Shown here piece after piece: positions 47,940 to 57,241 of a DNA stretch of 64,000 nt; position 1 is the stretch's first letter; each line of letters opens with the position of its first letter. The DNA is from Thermoproteota archaeon (lineage in GTDB: Archaea; Korarchaeota; Korarchaeia; Korarchaeales; Korarchaeaceae). The notes beneath the pieces were generated by a model. That model worked only from the letters and a program-made list of their open reading frames with translations, ran no database searches and was not told the origin of the DNA. The position numbers and the translations under genes are program-made. The DNA lies in the NCBI GenBank assembly GCA_027492205.1, contig JAOZFN010000006.1:7369-71368 (forward strand). Reading direction: 5' to 3'.

Positions 47940-50900
47940 ATGGACCTGGAGGGGTACTTCGCGGAACTCGAGGCGAAGGTGGAGGAGCTCTACAGGGTGG
48001 CCAAGAGGGCCAGGGCGAAGGGACTGGACCCCTCCACTGAGGTAGAGGTGGCCAGGGGCGACACCCTCGGTCAGAGGCTTGTCGCCCTGTTTGACAGGCC
48101 TGACCTCGCCGACGCCGTCGAGAGGTACCTGAGGCAAGGGTACGGGAAGGTCGAGACGGCCTTCAAGGTCGCCGGCGACATGCTCGAGGCCGGCGGCGCG
48201 GACGAGGAGGAGCTGGCGGAGCTGGCCGTTAGGGTCGGGATGGCCATCATGACCGACGCCACCGTCTCGGCCCCCATTGAGGGCATAAGTTCGGTGAGGA
48301 TCAAGGTGAACCCGCGCGACGGTACGCGGTACCTTGCTGTGTACTACAACGGCCCGATAAGGACGGCGGGCGGCACTGAAGGAGCGCTGAGTGTCGTTTT
48401 GGCGGACTTCGTCAGGCAGAAACTCGGCCTTGGCAGGTACAGGCCGACGGATGCGGAGGTCGAGAGGTACGTAGAAGAGATCGAGCTCTACCGCAGGGCT
48501 GTTCACCTCCAGTACAACTCTACCCCCGACGAGGTCAGGTACGTCGCGAGGCACCTGGTGGTGGAGGTCACGGGCCCGCCAACGGAGGAGGTGGAGGTCT
48601 CCACAAACAGGGACCTGCCCACGGTGGAGACGAACAGAGTGCGGGGAGGGGCTGCGCTCGTCCTTAACGACTGCCTGCTGCAGAAGAGGAAGAAGCTCGC
48701 CAAGACGATACCTAAGCTCAGGGAGGTAGTGGACTTCGACCCGAGCGGATGGGAGTGGGTTAAGGGATCGAGCGGCGCGGAGGACTCCGAGAGGAAGGGG
48801 GAGTCGGCCGGAGGCTGCCCCTACGTCCCGCCGTCCTACAAGTACCTGAGGGACTCGGTCGTCGGCAGGCCCGTCCTGGCACACCCGTCGGCGGTGGGCG
48901 GCTTCAGGCTCCGGTACGGGCACGCTAGGAACACAGGGCTGGCGTCGGTGGGGGTACACCCGGCCACCATGGTGATCCTGGAGAACTTCCTCGCGGTTGG
49001 GACGCAGGTCCGGATCGAGAGACCCGGAAAGAGCGCGATAGTGATGCCTGTGGACTCAATCGAGGGCCCGGTCGTGAGGCTCAAGGACGGCTCTGTGGTG
49101 AGGTTGGAAGATCCAGAGACGGCCAGGGCCCTGCTCCCAGATGTCGACAGGATCCTGTTCTTGGGAGACGTTCTCATTGGCTTCGGAGAGTTTCTAGAGA
49201 ACAACCACGTCCTGTTGCCCTCGGCGTGGGTGGAAGAGTGGTGGCACGAACTGCTGATAACAGAGGCAGAGAGGAGGAATTACCAGCTGCCCGACCCGCT
49301 CAGGGAAGACCCCTTCTCCCACGTCGACTTTGACACCGCCGTAGAGCTAAGCCTCTCGCTGGGAATTCCGCTCCACCCGAGGTGGACCTACTTCTGGCAC
49401 GACCTGACCGTCGACAGCCTGTCCGAGCTCGTCGAGGCCCTCAAAACCTCGACCTTCGACGGGCGCGCGCTTAGGATCCCCCTCACCGATTCGCTCAGGG
49501 AGGCCCTCGAGACCCTCTGCGTCCCGCACAGGGTGGAGGGCGGGACGATAGTGGTCGAGGGAGACGACGCCAAGGCCCTTCAGACGACCCTCCTGTCCAA
49601 CGATGTGGACCTCTCCGCCTACGGCCCCCACGAGGTCATGCGCGCTGTGAACGACCTAGCCCCCTACGAGGTGATGCCAAAGGCCCCCCACTTCGTTGGC
49701 ATGAGGCTGGGTAGGCCGGAGAAGGCCAAGCCCAGGAAGATGAAACCCCCAGTCAACGTGCTCTTTCCCATAGGAAGGCAGAAAGGGATGTCCAGGTCCC
49801 TCAAGAAAGCCCTCCAGAGCGGCCTCGCGGCCGTGGAGGTTGCCCTGAGGAGGTGCCCCAGATGCGGCGCGGAGACGGTGCACTACGCCTGCCCGTCCTG
49901 CGGGGTCAGGACGGAGCCCCAACTCTTCTGCCCCCGCTGCGGCAGGAGGCTCCGAGAGGGGCAGAGGTGCCCCGACCACCCCAGAGAGGACCCGGTGAAC
50001 TACCGCTCAACCGAGCTCAACGTGAGGGCGATCACCTCCGAGGCCGTCGATCACTTGGGAGGTGGGTACCCGCTCGACGGGGTCAAGTGCGTTCAAGGGC
50101 TCACTAGCAAGTCGAAGAGCCCTGAACCCCTCGAGAAGGGAATTTTGAGGGCGTATCGCGACCTGTATGTCTTCAAGGACGGGACGATAAGATTTGACGT
50201 CACAAACGCCTCTCTCACGCACTTCACTCCCGCGGAGGCCGGGGTCTCTCCAGAGAGGCTCAGGGAGTTGGGTTACGAGGAGGACATCCACGGGAGGCCG
50301 CTGGTCTCGGACGACCAGCTCTTGGAGCTGCGGGTACAGGACGTCATCATCCCGAGGAAGGCCGCCGAGTACCTGTACCAGGTCTCGAAGTTCATAGACG
50401 AGCTCCTGACGAAGTTCTACGGCGTCGAGCCGTTCTACAACCTGCAAAGCCCGGAGGATCTCGTGGGGCACATCCTGTTCACGATCTCACCCCACACCTT
50501 CGTGGCGAACGCCGTGAGGGTAGTCGGATTCACCGATGCGGACGTAATCCTCGCCCACCCCTACCTCCACGCCGCCAAGAGGAGGAATGTCGACGGCGAC
50601 GAGGACTCGCTCATCCTCGGCTTAGACTGCCTGCTCAACTTCTCCAAGTCCTACCTCCCGTCCAAGCCCGGAGGGAGGGAGGATGCCCCCCTCATACTGG
50701 TCACGAGGATCGACCTCGAGTACATCGACGACGAGTGCTACAACATCGAGGTGGTCTGGAGATATCCGAGAGAGTTCTTCGAGGCGACTCTCGAGTACAG
50801 GCACCCACAGGAGCTGGAGGGTTCGATTATACAGACCGTGGGGACCGTGTACGCCTCGGGGGACAGGTACCCGAGCATAGGATTCACACACCCCACGTCG

Positions 50901-51494
50901 CACTGCTGGCGTGGGCCGCTGATGACGGCGTACAGAACCCTCAACTCAATGTTGGAGAAGCTGGAGAGGCACATCGCCCTCGAGGAGAAGATCTCCGCCG
51001 TCGACCCTGAAGACGCGATAACCCGTGCGATGTCGGCGCACTTCCTCAGGGACATCGCGGGGAACCTAAGAAAGTATGCGAGCCAGAAGTTCAGGTGCCT
51101 CAAGTGCAACAGGAAGTTCAGGAGGCCTCCGCTCTCCGGCAGGTGCCCCTACTGCGGAGGCAACATAACCCTCACGATCCACCCGAGGTCCACGGTGAAG
51201 TACCTTGAGCCCACGAAGAAGATCTTGGAGGCCTACAACCTGAGGGGATACCTACTGCAGAGGGTGGAGCTGTTGGAGGATGAAGCCAATAGCCTCTTCG
51301 ACCTGACCTCCAGCCTGGCTCAGGGCGAGGGGTCCAGGGCTAGAAGCCTGACCGAGTTCAGCTTCGCCGCCTCGGATGGAGGGGAGACCGCATCGAGCTC
51401 CGAGTCATCTCCCGGAGGGTGGAGTGGTGGGAGGGAGGCGAGCCGGGCCAGGCGTGAGGGCGAGGGGTCAGCGGATCTGTCGGCTTTTCTGTAA
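47940..51494 (+). CDS. polC: DNA polymerase D large subunit (DP2), no intein
   Basis: GPIR.AGGT, TNRVRGG, GGFRLRYG..RN.G, ERPGK, R.GRPEKA, EPLEKG.LRA, FKDGT.RFD and catalytic AKRRNVDGDEDS; ATG follows a TATA-like ttattaa at about 47905. Confidence 0.97.
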   Translation: MDLEGYFAELEAKVEELYRVAKRARAKGLDPSTEVEVARGDTLGQRLVALFDRPDLADAVERYLRQGYGKVETAFKVAGDMLEAGGADEEELAELAVRVGMAIMTDATVSAPIEGISSVRIKVNPRDGTRYLAVYYNGPIRTAGGTEGALSVVLADFVRQKLGLGRYRPTDAEVERYVEEIELYRRAVHLQYNSTPDEVRYVARHLVVEVTGPPTEEVEVSTNRDLPTVETNRVRGGAALVLNDCLLQKRKKLAKTIPKLREVVDFDPSGWEWVKGSSGAEDSERKGESAGGCPYVPPSYKYLRDSVVGRPVLAHPSAVGGFRLRYGHARNTGLASVGVHPATMVILENFLAVGTQVRIERPGKSAIVMPVDSIEGPVVRLKDGSVVRLEDPETARALLPDVDRILFLGDVLIGFGEFLENNHVLLPSAWVEEWWHELLITEAERRNYQLPDPLREDPFSHVDFDTAVELSLSLGIPLHPRWTYFWHDLTVDSLSELVEALKTSTFDGRALRIPLTDSLREALETLCVPHRVEGGTIVVEGDDAKALQTTLLSNDVDLSAYGPHEVMRAVNDLAPYEVMPKAPHFVGMRLGRPEKAKPRKMKPPVNVLFPIGRQKGMSRSLKKALQSGLAAVEVALRRCPRCGAETVHYACPSCGVRTEPQLFCPRCGRRLREGQRCPDHPREDPVNYRSTELNVRAITSEAVDHLGGGYPLDGVKCVQGLTSKSKSPEPLEKGILRAYRDLYVFKDGTIRFDVTNASLTHFTPAEAGVSPERLRELGYEEDIHGRPLVSDDQLLELRVQDVIIPRKAAEYLYQVSKFIDELLTKFYGVEPFYNLQSPEDLVGHILFTISPHTFVANAVRVVGFTDADVILAHPYLHAAKRRNVDGDEDSLILGLDCLLNFSKSYLPSKPGGREDAPLILVTRIDLEYIDDECYNIEVVWRYPREFFEATLEYRHPQELEGSIIQTVGTVYASGDRYPSIGFTHPTSHCWRGPLMTAYRTLNSMLEKLERHIALEEKISAVDPEDAITRAMSAHFLRDIAGNLRKYASQKFRCLKCNRKFRRPPLSGRCPYCGGNITLTIHPRSTVKYLEPTKKILEAYNLRGYLLQRVELLEDEANSLFDLTSSLAQGEGSRARSLTEFSFAASDGGETASSSESSPGGWSGGREASRARREGEGSADLSAFL

Positions 51495-51512
51495 GATGGG
51501 AACGGGAGGGAG

Positions 51513-51839
51513 TTGGAGGTGCGGATCAGGCCGATAAGCCTGTTGAGGGAGGGTGAGCCCGCCGCGGTCGTGGGGGTGATTCTGCAGAGGGTCGAAAACT
51601 ATCTGGTGCTCGACGACGGGACGGGCAGGGCGAGGGTCTACGCGGATCTGGCCGAGGCGTTTTCGCCCGGGGACGTGGTGCTGGCGGTTGGCGTAGTCGC
51701 CGCGGTGGGCCGCTTTGCGGAGATCCAGTCCGAGGCCGTCACGAAGGTGACCGGACTGGATCTGGACCTCCTGAAGGAAACCCTAAAATTGGTGGCGGAG
51801 GTTGAGGGACGAGACGCGATTTCGGGTCGTAGTGGATGA
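51513..51839 (+). CDS. Small OB-fold protein, likely RPA small subunit (Rpa3/RPA14-like)
   Basis: R.I..L, V.G.I, LDDGTG...V and G..V..VG.V; located in the replication operon. Confidence 0.7.
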   Translation: MEVRIRPISLLREGEPAAVVGVILQRVENYLVLDDGTGRARVYADLAEAFSPGDVVLAVGVVAAVGRFAEIQSEAVTKVTGLDLDLLKETLKLVAEVEGRDAISGRSG

Positions 51840-52627
51840 GCGGGAGTTGGATGGATATGGGCGTTGAAGGGGGAGAGGTCGTTCTCGTGTTTGAGGAGGG
51901 GAAGGTCATCCGCAAGATAGTGGAGGCGGTGGAGGCGCTCATCGAGGAGGCGACCTTCAAGGTCAGTCCGGAGGAGGGATTTGTCCTCCAGGCTCTAGAT
52001 CCGGCAAAGATAGCCATGGTCCAAGTCTTCCTCCCGAAGCCCTTCTTCTCCGAGATTCAGGTTGTGGGAGACTCCTTCTTCGGTGTTAACTTCACCGAGC
52101 TCGCCAAGGTGATGAAGAGAGTCAAGTCCGACGATCGGGTGGAGTTCCATCTCACCAGGGACTCCCTCACAGTAGTCCTCAGGGACGGCTTCAAGAGGAC
52201 CCATCGGCTGGCGCTCCTGCCCCCGGAAGAGTTTCAGGTCCGCAGCCTGAAGGTCAACTTCACGGCTGGCATCAGGATGGACAGCAGGAAGATGCCCGAG
52301 ATCATAAAGGAACTCAAGGGGATATCGTCCGAGGTGGAGATAACCATCGACGGGGAGAGGACCGAGTTTGCGGCCCGGAGCGAGAGGCAGGAGTCAAGGA
52401 TAACCATCGAGAAGACCGACCCCATCGTGCTGGACATCTGGGCCCAGGAGCCGGCCAGGGCCGTCTACGGGCTCGGGTACCTGGAGAAGATGGTGAAGCC
52501 AGCGGACATCTCGGCGGAGGTCTCGCTGGAGATCGCGACGGACAAGCCGATGATGATGAAGTACTCCATTGGCGGGTTCGCCGACGCGAGGGTAGTCTAC
52601 TACTTGGCCAACGTGGCGGGGATGTGA
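51836..52627 (+). CDS. pcn: DNA sliding clamp PCNA
   Basis: LIEEA.F, LQALDPAKIAMV, GVNF.EL.KV.KR, Y.L.YL.KM.K, DKPM...Y and YYLA. Confidence 0.92.
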   Translation: MSGSWMDMGVEGGEVVLVFEEGKVIRKIVEAVEALIEEATFKVSPEEGFVLQALDPAKIAMVQVFLPKPFFSEIQVVGDSFFGVNFTELAKVMKRVKSDDRVEFHLTRDSLTVVLRDGFKRTHRLALLPPEEFQVRSLKVNFTAGIRMDSRKMPEIIKELKGISSEVEITIDGERTEFAARSERQESRITIEKTDPIVLDIWAQEPARAVYGLGYLEKMVKPADISAEVSLEIATDKPMMMKYSIGGFADARVVYYLANVAGM

Positions 52628-52637
52628 CGGGCCCCTC

Positions 52638-53603
52638 ATGGAGGAGCTCGATCCGGCGCTGGCCTCTCGATACCCCTTCACATCGCTGGGGGAGCGCCTG
52701 ATAGAGTCGGAGGGCCTCACTGAGGAGGATCTCGCCTATGATCCCCTGCTGGAGCAGAGCAGGCGGCACGCAAGGGGTCGCCTGCTCTCGGCAGTGAGTG
52801 GTGGGCTGTACCTGGACGACCTCTACCTCCCCCCTCTGGACGCCGTAGCAACCTACCTCATCGTCAGACTGGTGAGTTCCTGGATCGGAGACCCCTTCCT
52901 CAACCGGCTTGTCGCGGAGCACGAATCCAAGAGGTTTCACAGGCTTGCGAGGGATGAGCCCATCCACATACTTGCCTGGCTAGGTGGGGAGCTGGGGGCA
53001 GCGATCAGACCCGATGGAGAGAGGGCGTGGATTGACATTTCCAGCTACCTTCGCGCCGCGGCCGGTTTGGGCGGACCTAAGTGGAGACTCGCCAATCGGG
53101 ATGTCCGAAGTGGTCAGGTACTGGTGGGGAGGAGGGAACTTGCCAGGCTCCTGCAGGAACTTCTCAGGGCTCACCTCTTGGAGCCGACTCCTTGCCCCTC
53201 CCTGTCCCCGCCCCTGAGGGCTATAGGAACCGAGGTGATTAGACGCCTTGAGGAGAGGAAGGCATCCATTCAGTCCTCGGGGCCTTCTCGGCAGACCCTG
53301 CCTCCCTGCATAGAGAAGCTTGTCGAGAAGGCGGAGAGGGGGGAGAACATGAGCCACCAGGAGAGATTCACCCTGGCGGCATACCTCCTCAAGGTGGGCT
53401 GGTCCGTCGATCGAGTGGTTGACCTCTTCAGGAGCGCCCCCGACTTCAAGGAGAGGGTGGCGAGATACCAGGTAAGCCACATCGCCAAGAGGGGATACAA
53501 CCCGCCCAACTGCGAGACCCTCAGGAGCTGGGGAATCTGCGTCGAGGACTGCGGGGTCAAGTCTCCACTGTCGTATGGGAGGCGCGGGAGGAGGAGGCGT
53601 TGA
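52638..53603 (+). CDS. priL: DNA primase large subunit
   Basis: RYPF, WRL.NR.V..G.V, PPCI, G.N.SH..RF.L..YL, PDF.E...YQV.HI and Y.PPNC.TL...G.C...C. Confidence 0.92.
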   Translation: MEELDPALASRYPFTSLGERLIESEGLTEEDLAYDPLLEQSRRHARGRLLSAVSGGLYLDDLYLPPLDAVATYLIVRLVSSWIGDPFLNRLVAEHESKRFHRLARDEPIHILAWLGGELGAAIRPDGERAWIDISSYLRAAAGLGGPKWRLANRDVRSGQVLVGRRELARLLQELLRAHLLEPTPCPSLSPPLRAIGTEVIRRLEERKASIQSSGPSRQTLPPCIEKLVEKAERGENMSHQERFTLAAYLLKVGWSVDRVVDLFRSAPDFKERVARYQVSHIAKRGYNPPNCETLRSWGICVEDCGVKSPLSYGRRGRRRR

Positions 53604-54790
53604 ACCCGCTTCGCGCCGCATTCAGAGAGTACTACGCCCTCCGATCTCGCTCGATCTTCGTCCCGCGGATCGACCTTCGCGAGATCATGGTGGTCACCTT
53701 CGACGGAACGGTGATCAGGCATGTCTCCGTCAAGAACCTGGAGTCGCTGAGGGCCATGCTCGCGAGGGAGGCTCCAAGGCACGCTTACTACTCCGTGGGA
53801 CTGTACGAGAGACCGGCGGCCAAGTTCATGGCGGAGAAAGGCCTCAAGGGGGCCGAGGTGCTGTTTGACATAGACGCGGATCACTTGGGCGTGGACGAGT
53901 GCGACTACGGACTCGCCTGGCGGTGCAAGTCGTGTGGGGAGTCCGGAGATGGGGTACCACCCGACGCCTGTCCGAAGTGCGGATCACGGGACCTGGAGAG
54001 GCTGGACTGGCTCTCGGAGGGTTGCTTGGAGGCCGCCAAAAGGGAGGCGATCCGGCTCCTGGAAATCCTCGAGTCGGACCTCGGGGTCTCTGGGGATGAG
54101 CTGATGGTCTACTACACAGGACACAGGGGGTACCATGTGAGGATCCTCTCGGAGCGCTTTCTCGGGCTCGGCAAGGAGGAGAGGAGAGAGCTCGCCTCCC
54201 ACGTGTCCGGCCTGTCGTTCGACCCGGAGGAGGTCTTCTACGTTAAGGGATCGGTTCTCACCACGCCCAGAGTCGACGAGGGGGGTTGGAGGGGTAGGAT
54301 AGCCAAGGAGATGCTTCAACTGCTCGAGGAGTCGGGCGGCGGAAAAACGGCGCTACCGAGCAGCGTGGCTAAGAGGAGGGGGGAGTTGGTAAGGGCGCTC
54401 AAGGAGGGGGTTCCCCTAATCAACCCCACCCGAGCGCTCGTCAGAGACCTGAGGAGGATGGCGGAGGAGATAGTTCAGGCACGCCGAGTGAGGATAGACG
54501 AGATGGTTACGCCTGACACGAGCAGACTCACGAGGATACCCAACAGCCTGCACGGCAAGACGGGTCTGAGGGCCATGGCCCTCTCTCCTGACGAGCTGAG
54601 GGACTTCCAACCCCTGGGGGATGCGGTGGGGCTATCTAACGATCAAATAAGGGTTTTCACCACGGCACCCGTGCCGAGGTTCAGGGTTAAGGGCGAGTAT
54701 TTCGGACCCTATGAACCGGGCGTGGGGGTAGACCTGCCGATGTTCGCGGCCGCCCTGATCCTCCTGAAGGGCAGGGGTGTCATACCTTGA
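53600..54790 (+). CDS. priS: DNA primase small (catalytic) subunit with a Zn-ribbon insertion
   Basis: FDIDADHL, Y.G.RGYHV and IDE.VT.D..RL.RIP.SLHGKTG. Confidence 0.95.
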   Translation: MNPLRAAFREYYALRSRSIFVPRIDLREIMVVTFDGTVIRHVSVKNLESLRAMLAREAPRHAYYSVGLYERPAAKFMAEKGLKGAEVLFDIDADHLGVDECDYGLAWRCKSCGESGDGVPPDACPKCGSRDLERLDWLSEGCLEAAKREAIRLLEILESDLGVSGDELMVYYTGHRGYHVRILSERFLGLGKEERRELASHVSGLSFDPEEVFYVKGSVLTTPRVDEGGWRGRIAKEMLQLLEESGGGKTALPSSVAKRRGELVRALKEGVPLINPTRALVRDLRRMAEEIVQARRVRIDEMVTPDTSRLTRIPNSLHGKTGLRAMALSPDELRDFQPLGDAVGLSNDQIRVFTTAPVPRFRVKGEYFGPYEPGVGVDLPMFAAALILLKGRGVIP

Positions 54791-55317
54791 GCTCTTCAAA
54801 CCCCTACCGAGAGCTGGTCGACGCTCTGGTCAGGGAGCTGACCTCGGATCAGCTAGAGGAGCTCCCTGAGGGCTTGTTCCAGCGGGTAGACGAGTGGATC
54901 CGATCACTCAGGAATTCGGCCACTGGAGAAGAGGCCAGGAGTGTCGTAGAGACTCTCGCCGGGGTTTGCCAAGAGCTGATGACTACGCTCGAGAGGATAC
55001 GCAGGGCCAAATCTGGGATGGCTGGCAAGCTAGGGTCCCAACCCGGCGACTCGCCGACAAGTACTGAGGGCGGGTCAACGGTCGGGGGCGAGTCAGCCCA
55101 GGTGGTTGAACCCCTCAAGCCGCCGAAACTCCCGCGCGGGAAGGTTTTAGTAACGTTTAAAACACCCTTGAGGGAGTTCGTGGCGTCGGACCTGAGGGTT
55201 TACGGGCCCTTCCGGGAGGGCGATGTCTGCCTCCTCCCGGTCGGGGATGCCGCAGCCCTGGAGGCTAGGGGAGTCTTGGAGGTGTTGATTGGGAATGAAG
55301 GTGCCGAACAAGATTAG
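54787..55317 (+). CDS. GINS subunit Gins51 (Gins15)
   Basis: E.....L..LP..LF, R..K and C-terminal FV..D...YGPF..GD...LP...A..L..RG; follows priS. Confidence 0.8.
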   Translation: MSSSNPYRELVDALVRELTSDQLEELPEGLFQRVDEWIRSLRNSATGEEARSVVETLAGVCQELMTTLERIRRAKSGMAGKLGSQPGDSPTSTEGGSTVGGESAQVVEPLKPPKLPRGKVLVTFKTPLREFVASDLRVYGPFREGDVCLLPVGDAAALEARGVLEVLIGNEGAEQD

Positions 55318-55573
55318 GACCTACTGCCCCAAGTGCGGGACCCACACAGAGCACAAGGTCTCCCTTTACAAGGCGGGCAGGCAGAGGACCCTCTCGTGGG
55401 GAGCTAGGCAGCTCGAGAGGAAGAGGAGCGGTTACGGCGGAGAGCCGAGGGGAATGCTGAAGAGGAAGGCCAAGATCAACAAGAAGGCGGTGTTAGTCCT
55501 GACATGCTCTCGGTGCGGCAGGAAGCAGCTGAGGAGTCTGGGCAGGCTCAGCAGGGTCGAGATAGTCAGGTGA
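55295..55573 (+). CDS. rpl44e: 50S ribosomal protein L44e (eL42)
   Basis: MKVP...RTYCPKC..HTEH.V, GYGG and K..KK..L.L.C..CG. Confidence 0.96.
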   Translation: MKVPNKIRTYCPKCGTHTEHKVSLYKAGRQRTLSWGARQLERKRSGYGGEPRGMLKRKAKINKKAVLVLTCSRCGRKQLRSLGRLSRVEIVR

Positions 55574-55583
55574 GGTGGTGTTA

Positions 55584-55799
55584 GTGGGCAGGAGCCGGAA
55601 GAAGGCCCCAATCCCCCTACCGCGATCGTACTTCGTCAGGGTTAAGTGTCCCAAATGTGGAAATGAGCAGACGATTTTCTCTCACGCATCTCGCGTGGTC
55701 CGCTGTCTGGTGTGCGACGAGGTACTCGCGGAACCCACCGGGGGCAAGGCAAGGATACACGCCCCCATCATGGCCGTTTACGGAAAGCTCGCGGAGTGA
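55584..55799 (+). CDS. rps27e: 30S ribosomal protein eS27
   Basis: P.PRS.F.RVKC..C.NEQ.IFSH....V.C.VC...LA.PTGGKA. Confidence 0.96.
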   Translation: MGRSRKKAPIPLPRSYFVRVKCPKCGNEQTIFSHASRVVRCLVCDEVLAEPTGGKARIHAPIMAVYGKLAE

Positions 55800-56618
55800 A
55801 TGAGGATGCCCCGGGACTTTCCCCGCCGAAACGAGCTGGTCGTCGCAACGATCAAGAGGGTCGAGGAGCACGGGGTCATCGCCGAACTAGAGGAGTACGA
55901 CGGCCTGGAGGCGTACATACCCAGAGGTCACGTGGCCTCCGGGAGGGTCAAGGACATACGCGACTTCGTTAAAGAGGGAGATCGCGTGGTCGGCAGGGTA
56001 ATACGGGCGGACAGGGCGAGGCAACAGGTTGACCTCTCCCTCCGATACGTCAGCAGGGATCAGGCGGAACGAAAGCTGAGGGAGTGGAAGGAGAGGTCTA
56101 GGGCCCTCTCGCTGATCCGAGTGGCCGCAATGAGAGCGGGCGTCCAGGATCCGGAGGAGACCGCTAAGAGAATGCTAGCTCAGATTGAGGATGTCTACGA
56201 ATCGGCCCTCGAGGCCTTGGAAGACGCGCTGTGGCATCCGGAGGTATTGGACAAGCTCGGAGTTCCGAGCGACATTGCTAGGCAGCTAGTTCCCCTTATC
56301 AGGGAGCAGCTTAAACCACCCCTCTATATAAAGGAGGTTACTCTCAAGCTGATTTCTCCGTCCCCAAGCGGCGTGGATGTCATCAGAGATGCGCTTCTGA
56401 AGGGGACGTCCGTGCGGTCGGAGAAGGTGTCGATCGAGGCCTTCACGGCAGGGGCTCCGAGATATGTTGTCAGGGTGAGTAGCAGGGACCCCTCTCTAGT
56501 TAGGCGAATGGCCACCACGGCAACGAAGCGGATTCTGGAGGAAGTTAGATCCTCCGGCGGCAAGGCCGAGGTGGTGGCAGAGCGCGAAATCACAAAGCGC
56601 GCGGCAGAAGCACAGTGA
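55800..56618 (+). CDS. Translation initiation factor aIF2 alpha
   Basis: P...ELVVAT, L.EY..EAYI, IRDFVKEG, VDLSLR.V and GAPRY. Confidence 0.93.
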   Translation: MRMPRDFPRRNELVVATIKRVEEHGVIAELEEYDGLEAYIPRGHVASGRVKDIRDFVKEGDRVVGRVIRADRARQQVDLSLRYVSRDQAERKLREWKERSRALSLIRVAAMRAGVQDPEETAKRMLAQIEDVYESALEALEDALWHPEVLDKLGVPSDIARQLVPLIREQLKPPLYIKEVTLKLISPSPSGVDVIRDALLKGTSVRSEKVSIEAFTAGAPRYVVRVSSRDPSLVRRMATTATKRILEEVRSSGGKAEVVAEREITKRAAEAQ

Positions 56619-56632
56619 TGCGGTGATGGCCT

Positions 56633-56761
56633 TTGCGGAGGGCACTTATAAGGAGGTGTAACGCCTGTTACATATACACTCTCAAAGAGAAGTGCCCCAT
56701 GTGCGGTTCGCCAACCTCCCCTCCCGGCCCTCCTCCATATGAGAGATTGAGAGGGAGATGA
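56633..56761 (+). CDS. nop10: H/ACA RNP protein Nop10 (short, 42 aa)
   Basis: Manual translation from TTG: MRRALIRRCNACYIYTLKEKCPMCGSPTSPPGPPPYERLRGR; canonical position after aIF2alpha; ggtga SD sequence upstream. Confidence 0.85.
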   Translation: MRRALIRRCNACYIYTLKEKCPMCGSPTSPPGPPPYERLRGR

Positions 56762-56823
56762 GCTGCCCCAAAGTCAATCCTCATGAGTTGCCTGAAGGCC
56801 CCTTCAGAAGCTTCTTATGGAAG

Positions 56824-56899
56824 TGGAGCCCCGGGCGGGATTCGAACCCGCGACCTGCGGATTACAAGTCCGCCGCTCTGCCAGCTGAGCTACCGGGGC
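56824..56899 (-). tRNA. tRNA-Thr(UGU), encoded CCA, no intron
   Basis: Acceptor GCCCCGG/CCGGGGC, anticodon arm GCGGA-CTTGTAA-TCCGC, T-loop TTCGAAT; 76 nt. Confidence 0.96.
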
Positions 56900-57241
56900 C
56901 CAACAGGCAGATTCATCCACCTTTGGGCGACGAGAATTATAAGCTTCATCCCAGACAAGTGCACGCGACAAAACCGGGGGGCTCATGTAGACTTCATTTA
57001 GTTAGTTGATTGCCTAATAATCGGTCGACATATCCCTACACAGATCTGACTGAAGAACAGCCCTATTCGTCATCCCGGCCGTCGATGAGACTGCCGTCGT
57101 CTCCGCCCTACGATCCCCCTCTGAAACCGTTGTGCAATGATTTGCAACGTTTAAGTGAGAAATCCATTAATAGTCTTCTGACGAGGGTGAAGCCAGCCCC
57201 CCGCTCGACCGCTAGGGGTCACGCGGGGGAGGTGAAGAAGT

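Noticed and set aside
47940-51494. Possible inteins in DP2 or the RNAP subunits
   Set aside because: Lengths are ordinary and conserved motifs are contiguous; no intein terminal motifs seen
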